From a bacterium (GTDB lineage: Bacteria > SZUA-182 > DTGQ01 > JAFGSM01): a stretch of DNA of 15,269 nt. Where the stretch lies: contig JBLIRN010000065.1 in assembly GCA_049472315.1 (NCBI GenBank), positions 1 to 15,269 of the forward strand. The letters are read 5' to 3'. Below, in pieces: positions 7,579 through 13,911 of the stretch. Every line of letters begins with the position of its first letter. Positions within the stretch are counted from its first letter, which is position 1. The translations under genes were made by a program, and so were the position numbers. The notes below the pieces were generated by a model. That model saw only the letters and a program-made list of their open reading frames with translations. It did not search any database and was not told the origin of the DNA.

Positions 7579-8044
7579 ACGAAGTCTTACCTTTCTTGAT
7601 TCGTTGCCTCATGTAATGCCTTTTAATCTTCCGAAGATGCGCCGTATCCGCATACCTTTTTAACGATGCAACCTCGAAGCGAATACGATCCGCTTCAGAG
7701 CGGCAAAACACGAGTATTCCCTCGCCAATGATCCGCCTCAAAAGGAGGGGCGGGGCATGGTTCAGGATGGTCAGATCCACCCGGTTGAATTTCAGGAGGT
7801 GGGCCAACTCCGCATTCAGATAGGCGGAGTATCCATATGGCGATGACCGGTCGAGTTCTTCCAAACGTTCAGGGACGACAAGGACGGCAATGTCTATGTC
7901 ATTGAATGAGCCTGTCTTTCGCGTAATGTATGATCCGAAGAGATACGCCAGGATCACCTCTGGATGATTCTCAAAAAAGGCGTGAAGCGATTCCTTAACT
8001 GCATCGGGAGGGGGAAGCGTATCCTTTTTTCTTCCTGCGGTCAT
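7571..8044 (-). CDS. mntA: Minimal nucleotidyltransferase antitoxin (MntA family)
   Basis: 157 aa with AYLFGS-X8-DIDIAV and VDLTILNHAPPLL motifs; paired with the HEPN gene. Confidence 0.9.
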   Translation of the reverse strand: MTAGRKKDTLPPPDAVKESLHAFFENHPEVILAYLFGSYITRKTGSFNDIDIAVLVVPERLEELDRSSPYGYSAYLNAELAHLLKFNRVDLTILNHAPPLLLRRIIGEGILVFCRSEADRIRFEVASLKRYADTAHLRKIKRHYMRQRIKKGKTSYA

Positions 8045-8304
8045 TCAATAGTCCCTTTTTCCCCTTAGCGATAACAGCATTCTTAAACTGGCAACTGGCT
8101 TTGACACAAGGATCATTTTGTCCTCTGAGAGTCCACGGTATCTTTACTGGGGACTAAGCATCAAGATAAGGCGATCTTTCTATAACAGTACCCAGTACGC
8201 AGCCAAATTGCAAGTGAAAACGCTTTCGGTTTTGCATCTTCACACCTGAGTTGTTGGTACCCATAGGGAGGTGGTCATCCCTTTGACACTCCTTCCATGA
8301 ACAC

Positions 8305-8346
8305 TTGACAAACAAAATACCATGAGTAAGACTTGAAGCAAGACTT
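8305..8346 (+). promoter_or_regulatory. Possible sigma70 promoter/operator of the AbrB-type antitoxin
   Basis: TTGACA at 8305-8310 and a weak -10 near 8327-8333. A tandem AAGACTT repeat (8328-8334, 8340-8346) could be an autoregulatory operator. Confidence 0.35.
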
Positions 8347-8361
8347 ATGGAGGTGGCGAAT

Positions 8362-8595
8362 ATGTCCAAGGTAACGCAAAAAGGTCAGGTGACCATTCCA
8401 CGTGAGATAAGGAAAAAGTTGAGGATCGAAGCCGGTGATGAGGTTCTTTTCAAAGAAGATTCGGGAAAGGTTGTCCTTATTAAAAAAAATAGGGCCTCAA
8501 TAAAAAACCTGAAAAACTACATGGGATACCTCTCAGATTTGAAGGGGAAGGATTCGGATGAGATTATCGATGAGCTCCGCGGAAAGGCGTCATGA
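8362..8595 (+). CDS. AbrB/MazE/SpoVT-family DNA-binding antitoxin (VapB-like)
   Basis: MSKVTQKGQVTIPREIRKKLRIEAGDEVLF is a classic AbrB signature. GGAGG at 8349-8353 favours the ATG at 8362 over 8347. Confidence 0.88.
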   Translation: MSKVTQKGQVTIPREIRKKLRIEAGDEVLFKEDSGKVVLIKKNRASIKNLKNYMGYLSDLKGKDSDEIIDELRGKAS

Positions 8596-8716
8596 TCCTG
8601 ATTTTTTGATTGCCGCCCATGCCAAGGTTCTGGCGGAAAGGCTTATAACAAGGGATAGAGGTTTTTATCGGACATATTTCAGTGACATCTCCATTATAGA
8701 TCCAATGAGCCGATAA
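8592..8716 (+). pseudogene. PIN-domain (VapC-like) toxin remnant with internal deletion and frameshift
   Basis: The ATG at 8592 overlaps the antitoxin stop (ATGA) but gives only MILIF*. A different frame (8597-8716) reads PDFLIAAHAKVLAERLITRDRGFYRTYFSDISIIDPMSR*, a typical PIN-toxin C-terminus (DFLIxAHA...LxTRDRGFYR). Confidence 0.8.
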
Positions 8717-8720
8717 TCAC

Positions 8721-8785
8721 TCGTGATTTGCCAGCGTCTCTTCCATTGTCAGCAGGTGCTGTCTGATAATCTATTAGTCAAGCAC
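8721..8785 (-). pseudogene. Decayed 5' fragment of a second hepT paralog
   Basis: 51/65 nt identical, ungapped, to 7514-7578. It reads VLD**IIRQHLLTMEETLANH versus MLDRQVIEQHLLTMEEALANL. Confidence 0.8.
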
Positions 8786-8976
8786 GCAGATCCATATCCC
8801 CATGTACCCTTTTCTACGTTTAAACAGCCATGATCTTTCGATACAACGAAGGATAATAGTCTTTAAAAACAGATAATTATTTGATGACTTTCATATAAGC
8901 GGGAAGATACAAAAAGGGAAGGACTGTTGTGTGAGGTGTGGATGGTTATCGAGGAGGATTGGTTATCGAGAATGGA

Positions 8977-9435
8977 TCAGGAAAGGAGTTGCCTGAGGCG
9001 GCTGACGAGGCTGCGGGCGATCCGGGGGAGACTGGATCGGCTGCGGGACACATCGATGCTGCGGCCGTTGCGCTCCACCGAGCGCACCATGCCCAGCACC
9101 TCCCCGGCATCCACCACCTCTTCGGGCGCACACTGGGAGTCTCCCCGAAGGGTGAACCGGGGGGATTCCCCATCCCGGTATTCGATGCGCACGACCCGGT
9201 GGGCGATGACCCTGCCCTTATACCGGCACAGAAGGATGTGCCCTCTCCTGATCATGGATGCATCAACCGGGTGAACGGTGATAACGTCTCCGTCGAGGAT
9301 GGTGGGGTACATGCTCCTTCCCGGCGCGCTGAAGCGCACGGCATACCCCTCGATCAGGAGGGAGAAGCATACCTCGCAAAAAAGATCATGCCCCCAGGAA
9401 AGGGAGGACGGGGTGAGGGCCGGGCGCGTGTGCAT
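8977..9435 (-). CDS. S24/S26-family peptidase (signal-peptidase-like, Ser-His type, no N-terminal membrane anchor)
   Basis: GRSMYPTILDGD (catalytic Ser box) and VIAHRVV (His), followed by RGD...; starts 3 bp after the radical SAM stop. Confidence 0.85.
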   Translation of the reverse strand: MHTRPALTPSSLSWGHDLFCEVCFSLLIEGYAVRFSAPGRSMYPTILDGDVITVHPVDASMIRRGHILLCRYKGRVIAHRVVRIEYRDGESPRFTLRGDSQCAPEEVVDAGEVLGMVRSVERNGRSIDVSRSRSSLPRIARSLVSRLRQLLS

Positions 9436-9438
9436 GGA

Positions 9439-10611
9439 TCAGTAGCACCCCTTTTTGAGCGACTCCGCTGTGCGCATCATTGTTTCGTACCCCTTCCCTC
9501 CCGGGCAATACTCGCAGTCACCGTGAGCAGGAACAGGGATGCCCAGGCTGTATGCACGAAGGTGCGCCACCTGGCAGAGGAAGTCCACCGGGGACTCGGG
9601 GTCGGTGCACTCCAGCTCACCGTTTGCCGGACACATCCCGCACATGGCCCTGAGACCGCACCCCAGGCACTTGGTGGATCGGGATGCCCGTGTATTCCTG
9701 AGATCGAGAAGAAACCGCTCCCACCCCTCCCGAAGGCTTCCCTTCCGGAGGTCATACCCGGCAGCGGAGGAGAGGACACACAGGTGCAGCATGCCGTAGG
9801 GATTGATGGCGCAAGAGTTGACGCCGCCGCCGCACAGGTAGAGTTCGTGTCCGGTGGAAGGCGTCCCGACGGGGTTACTGCACCGTCCTGCAAACTCCTG
9901 CCACTCCGTGGCCCGTTGCGGGTCCCGGAGGTCGAGCGCCACGACCTCGGCGGGTGAAAGGCGCACCGCGAGCGGCGCCCTGGAGCAATCGATCCTGGGG
10001 TTGATCATGGGATCGTACTTGAATTCCACCCCCAGATCCTCCTGTGCAAAGCGCTTCATGTCCCCGATCTCATGCCGGTTGATGGTGAGGGCCACCGTCT
10101 TGAGCTGGAGGGGAAGGCCTCGCTCCATGAGGAGCATAATGCCGCGCATGCACCGATCGTAAGAGCCGGGCACGCGGGTCACCTGCTCGTGGACCTCCCT
10201 GGTGCGGCCGTAGAGGGTGATCTCGATGGAGAAAGGGAGCCACGCAGCCAGGTGATCGGCGATCCGCTCGCTGATCAGGATGCCGTTGGTGAAGAGGGTG
10301 ATGAGCATGCCCTTGCCCTTCGCATATCTATAGATATCGGGAAAATCCTCCCGGGCAAAGGGCTCCCCGCCCGTGTACAGAAGCCACAGGCACCCCGCCT
10401 CCGCCAACTGGTCGAGGATGCGGCAATGCTCCTCGCAATTCATCTCATCACGGGCAGCCTTCCGGTCCCCCAGAGGGAGGTTGTTGTAACAGTGGCGGCA
10501 GGAGAGTGGGCAGCGCCTGGTCACCTCCACCGAGCAGCTCAAGGGGACCCGGCTGGGGGCCATGCGCTCGTGGATTCCCCGGCTCCATTTCCCGTATGGA
10601 TGGGTTTCCAC
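9439..10611 (-). CDS. Radical SAM protein with C-terminal SPASM domain
   Basis: CPLSCRHC (CX3CX2C), YTGGEP, FTNG. SPASM region: CGGG...INPYGMLHLC...CLGCGLRAMCGMCPA...FLC. GTG start with a GGAGG RBS. Confidence 0.93.
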   Translation of the reverse strand: METHPYGKWSRGIHERMAPSRVPLSCSVEVTRRCPLSCRHCYNNLPLGDRKAARDEMNCEEHCRILDQLAEAGCLWLLYTGGEPFAREDFPDIYRYAKGKGMLITLFTNGILISERIADHLAAWLPFSIEITLYGRTREVHEQVTRVPGSYDRCMRGIMLLMERGLPLQLKTVALTINRHEIGDMKRFAQEDLGVEFKYDPMINPRIDCSRAPLAVRLSPAEVVALDLRDPQRATEWQEFAGRCSNPVGTPSTGHELYLCGGGVNSCAINPYGMLHLCVLSSAAGYDLRKGSLREGWERFLLDLRNTRASRSTKCLGCGLRAMCGMCPANGELECTDPESPVDFLCQVAHLRAYSLGIPVPAHGDCEYCPGGKGYETMMRTAESLKKGCY

Positions 10612-10614
10612 TGC

Positions 10615-11826
10615 TCAATTCCTCCCCACTCTTGAAAGGCTGCGGTATATGGCATCCAGGTCCTCCGCCACCCGCTTCCAGGTGTAGCGTTCCTCCACCA
10701 GCCTGCGGCCTGCCCTGCCGATGGTGCTGTGCAACCGGGGGTCCTTAAGGAGTTGAACGACCTTCTGTGCAAACACCCGTGGGTCGTCGCCGATCAGCAG
10801 ATGCCATCCGTCCCGTGCCTCGATCCCGTCGGCTGCTATGGATGTCGCCACCACCGGGACCCCCATGGCCATAGCGGTGAGAATCCGTATCTTGGTGCCT
10901 GACCCTCCCCGCAAGGGGAGAACGAATGCCCTGGCCCTGCCCAGGACCGGGCGGATATCGTCGAGGTAGCCATGAAAGTGTATGCCATTGGCCTTGTATA
11001 TTTTTTTAAAGGATTGGGGAAGACCCTTGCCGATGATCTCCAGCCTGATGTCAGGGACCTCCTGTTGTATGAGCGGAAGGATATCCTGCAGCAGGTAGGT
11101 CAGACCATCGATGTTCGCGGGCTCCAGGTGAAAGGCCCCCATGTATGCCAGGGTAGGCGGGCCGGGCTCCGTGTTCGGGGGGGCATGCTCCTGCAGCGGG
11201 GAAAAATAGGTTGCATCCACGCCGTTCGGGCTCACCCTGATCATGGTGTGCACACCCCACCACCGCAGGAGCGCCTCGTGGGCGGTGCTGGTGACAAGGC
11301 ACAGGTCGAACCGGTCGAGGACCCCCTGCTCGTAGGCGCGTATCTTCCGCAGCTCCCACGTATAGTATAATTTCCTGAGGCTCCATCTCCACAGGCCCAC
11401 CAGCCTCTTTCGCGCCTCCAGCGCTATGTAGTGCTCAACCACCACCCGTCTTGCGGACCTCGGCAGGACGTCCGCATAGTGGGCAAAGGGGAGGAACTCG
11501 AACTGGATGATATCCCATGACTCCCGGCAGACCTCCGCAAGCAGGTCCCTGAACCGGCGGTCGACATATACCAGGGAATAGGGAAGCCGTGAGAAGAGGT
11601 GCCATGCATGCATGGGCCATGATCGTGCCATCCGGGGAAAGGGGAGCGCAACGATGCGGCAATACGGCTCCAGCTCACCGAGGAGGGGGTATTGGTCGTC
11701 CTTGATGTAGCTCAGGAGGGTGATCTCATGGAACCGGGAGAGATGCCGGACCAGGTTGTAGATACGGATTGCACCACCGCTGTCAAGCGGAAGGGGGAAA
11801 AACGGCGCCACGATCAGGACCTTCAT
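10615..11826 (-). CDS. Glycosyltransferase family 4 (GT-B), 403 aa
   Basis: The true start is MKVLIVAPFFPLPLDSGGAIRIYNL at 11826 (ATGA overlap with the methyltransferase stop). Motifs: SPNGVD and GGSGTKIRILTAMAMGVPVVAT. Confidence 0.9.
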   Translation of the reverse strand: MKVLIVAPFFPLPLDSGGAIRIYNLVRHLSRFHEITLLSYIKDDQYPLLGELEPYCRIVALPFPRMARSWPMHAWHLFSRLPYSLVYVDRRFRDLLAEVCRESWDIIQFEFLPFAHYADVLPRSARRVVVEHYIALEARKRLVGLWRWSLRKLYYTWELRKIRAYEQGVLDRFDLCLVTSTAHEALLRWWGVHTMIRVSPNGVDATYFSPLQEHAPPNTEPGPPTLAYMGAFHLEPANIDGLTYLLQDILPLIQQEVPDIRLEIIGKGLPQSFKKIYKANGIHFHGYLDDIRPVLGRARAFVLPLRGGSGTKIRILTAMAMGVPVVATSIAADGIEARDGWHLLIGDDPRVFAQKVVQLLKDPRLHSTIGRAGRRLVEERYTWKRVAEDLDAIYRSLSRVGRN

Positions 11827-12581
11827 GAGGGACACGCCACCTTCCGCGCCTCCATGACGAGTATGTACCCCTTCCCCTTGAGACGCAATCCAAGGAGCTG
11901 TTCGAAGAGAAAGGACAAGGGGAAGAGGAGGATGAAGAGGAGGGGATCCATGAAGTCGATGCCCGACCACCGGAAGAAGGTCCCCAGCCTATAACCCAGG
12001 GCGGCGAGGGGCGACGAGATCACGCACCGCTCGTTGAGGATGCTGAACCCTGCCCGCTCGAGCTTTCCCCTGAGCATGCCGTTCGTATAGAATTGGCACA
12101 CCGCATGTTTCTGCCTGCACCGCTCCCGGTAGGATGCGCTGATGCCCGGGTAGCTGAAGCTGTCCACGCTCAGGACAAACGTGCCGTGCCGCTTCAGGAC
12201 CCGGTTTGCCTCCCGTATCGCCCTGTCATCATCGCTGAAGTGTTCGAAGGAGCAGACGCTCATCACCCTCTCGAACCGTTCGCTTGCGAAGGGAAGGGAC
12301 ATGGCATTCGCGCGGATGAACCCGCACCCGTCGGGTTTGTTGTATTGGTGGGCGATCTCGATACCGTTTTCATGCAGGTCGATGCCCAGGATCCTGAGGC
12401 CGGGCATCCACAGCCTTCGGACGAAATGGCCGTGGCCGCAGCCGATGTCCAGGATGAGGTCCCCGGGGGCGGGCTTGAGCCACCTGCGGATGATCGACCA
12501 CTCGAACGCCCTCACCAGGTGGGCGTATTCAAAGTACCGGTAGAACAGGGGCCGCAGTCTTCGTTTGATATGACCTATCAC
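11823..12581 (-). CDS. Class I SAM-dependent methyltransferase
   Basis: ILDIGCGHG motif I, ANAMSLPF, and SFEHF...REANRVLKRHG. Hydrophobic C-terminal stretch; GTG start. Confidence 0.9.
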   Translation of the reverse strand: MIGHIKRRLRPLFYRYFEYAHLVRAFEWSIIRRWLKPAPGDLILDIGCGHGHFVRRLWMPGLRILGIDLHENGIEIAHQYNKPDGCGFIRANAMSLPFASERFERVMSVCSFEHFSDDDRAIREANRVLKRHGTFVLSVDSFSYPGISASYRERCRQKHAVCQFYTNGMLRGKLERAGFSILNERCVISSPLAALGYRLGTFFRWSGIDFMDPLLFILLFPLSFLFEQLLGLRLKGKGYILVMEARKVACPS

Positions 12582-12631
12582 GCGATTCCCTTTGCTGCTG
12601 AAATATTTCCTCTCTTATTAAATGCATGATT

Positions 12632-12919
12632 TGGGGTCAGGTCTTGAATTATCAGTTTTTGTTCCGAAAATATCCCGTATTCACTTGAAAATATAACATT
12701 TTTATAATTCGTGGCGTCACGAAGCGGCATGAGGGTTTGCTCAGAAAATATCACATATCCTATTGAAAATTATATTTTCATCCTTCGTGGCGCCGCAAAG
12801 CGGCATGAGCGTTTGTTCAGAAAACAAAACCTATGCTCTTAATATCAGCAACATATTTCATACTTCGCGGCGGGTACGGGGGATGTTCCAAAAAACTGAC
12901 ATTTCAAGACCTGACCCCA
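12632..12919. mobile_element. Non-autonomous REP/REPIN- or MITE-like element with 29 bp terminal inverted repeats
   Basis: TGGGGTCAGGTCTTGAATTATCAGTTTTT (12632-12660) versus the reverse complement of 12891-12919 (TGGGGTCAGGTCTTGAAATGTCAGTTTTT): 27/29 identical. The interior is AT-rich and non-coding, inside an otherwise tightly coupled operon. Confidence 0.7.
12658..12872. repeat. About three degenerate tandem units of 76-80 bp inside the element
   Basis: TTTG(T/C)TC(C/A)GAAAA at 12658, 12736 and 12812; TTCG(T/C)GGCG at 12708, 12784 and 12864; AAGCGGCATGAG occurs twice. Confidence 0.8.
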
Positions 12920-13911
12920 TTTTGTTTCTGACCCCATTTTGTTTCATTTTGTTCCTTGGAGTGGATTGCGGAGAGCCGCGAGAATATCGTGTGATCGTCC
13001 ACCAGCATCCCCTCCTGCTCGCGCCTTCGTGCAGCGAGCACCTCCTGTAACTGGCGTAAAGCCATGAGGAAGGCCGTTAGATAGGCCCGATCGGCGGTAA
13101 GGAGTGCCCGGGCGAGGGAGAGGCCGCTCCATGCCAGGTGCCTTCGCATGAGATGCCTGTCGAGGAGGTTTTTCCAGGTGAAGAGCAGGATGTTCTTCAT
13201 CCGGTAGATCCGGAAATCGATCGGCCTGAGTATGCTCTTTTTGGTGGTGACGTGTTTCAGATGATAGGTGACCGCACGCGGCTCGTAGATCGTGCGCCAT
13301 CCCCTGCGCCACGCCCGCTGGCATATATCCAGGTCCTCGTAGTAGAAGGGGCGGTAGAGGATATCCAGGCCACCCATCTCCAGAAACCTGGCCCGGTGGT
13401 ACCCTGCCCCGCTCCCCGGCGCATACCAGACCTCGGTCGCCTCCTCGGGAAGTACAGCCCTCTGTTCCATCCCGGGCACCATCCCCACCAGGCGCCCCCT
13501 CCTAAACAGGGGATAGTTGACGCTCTCCACCGTGTTGCCATGTCCGGGATTCACGATCCGGGGGCACACCGCAAACACGGTATCATCCTGAAAATGTCTG
13601 AGCATCGGGGTGATGAAGTCACTGTCCACGAGCACGTCGCTGTCAAGGCAGATCACGATATCACCCGATGCTGCCTCCACCCCCGCGTTTACGGGCAGGA
13701 TGCTGTTGCCGCTGTTCGGGGAAAGCCGCACCAGGCGGACATCGGGGAAGCGCTGCTCGACGAATCCTGGGCTCCCGTCCGTGCTCCCGTCATCCACCAC
13801 CAGGACCTCGTCCCCCTCCCCTCTTTTTGAAACCACGTGGGTCAATCCGGGCAGGAGGTTTGCGAGAAGCTCCCGTCCGTTGTAGTTCCGGATGAGGATG
13901 GCTGCCTTCAT
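12904..13911 (-). CDS. Glycosyltransferase family 2 (GT-A), 335 aa
   Basis: The true start is MKAAILIRNYNG at 13911 (ATGA overlap with the upstream GT4 stop). Motifs: VVDDGSTDGS, CLDSDV (DXD), YYEDLDICQRAWRRGW. Confidence 0.92.
   Translation of the reverse strand: MKAAILIRNYNGRELLANLLPGLTHVVSKRGEGDEVLVVDDGSTDGSPGFVEQRFPDVRLVRLSPNSGNSILPVNAGVEAASGDIVICLDSDVLVDSDFITPMLRHFQDDTVFAVCPRIVNPGHGNTVESVNYPLFRRGRLVGMVPGMEQRAVLPEEATEVWYAPGSGAGYHRARFLEMGGLDILYRPFYYEDLDICQRAWRRGWRTIYEPRAVTYHLKHVTTKKSILRPIDFRIYRMKNILLFTWKNLLDRHLMRRHLAWSGLSLARALLTADRAYLTAFLMALRQLQEVLAARRREQEGMLVDDHTIFSRLSAIHSKEQNETKWGQKQNGVRS
12911..12953. repeat. Stutter duplication at the element's right end
   Basis: CTGACCCCATTTTGTTT twice (12911-12927, 12928-12944), then a partial CATTTTGTT (12945-12953). 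Confidence 0.9.

Noticed and set aside
8154..8369. 71 aa minus-strand ORF as a radical SAM precursor peptide
   Set aside because: It overlaps the antitoxin start and promoter, shows no leader/core pattern, and is separated from the rSAM operon.
8943..8970. Short direct repeat TGGTTATCGAG x2 after the peptidase (and TACAAGGG x2 near 7082-7102)
   Set aside because: Too short to interpret; not a terminator, and the two repeats do not match each other as island boundaries.
8938..9957. Plus-strand 339 aa ORF and other plus-strand ORFs over 8927-15171
   Set aside because: They lie antisense to well-supported peptidase, radical SAM, GT and methyltransferase genes.
11827..11970. N-terminal extension of the GT4 in the ORF track (start 11970)
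   Set aside because: It overlaps the methyltransferase; the ATG at 11826 gives the canonical GT4 start and an ATGA coupling.
12658..12872. CRISPR array interpretation of the tandem repeats
   Set aside because: The repeats are degenerate, the putative spacers resemble each other, there are only 2-3 units and no cas genes.
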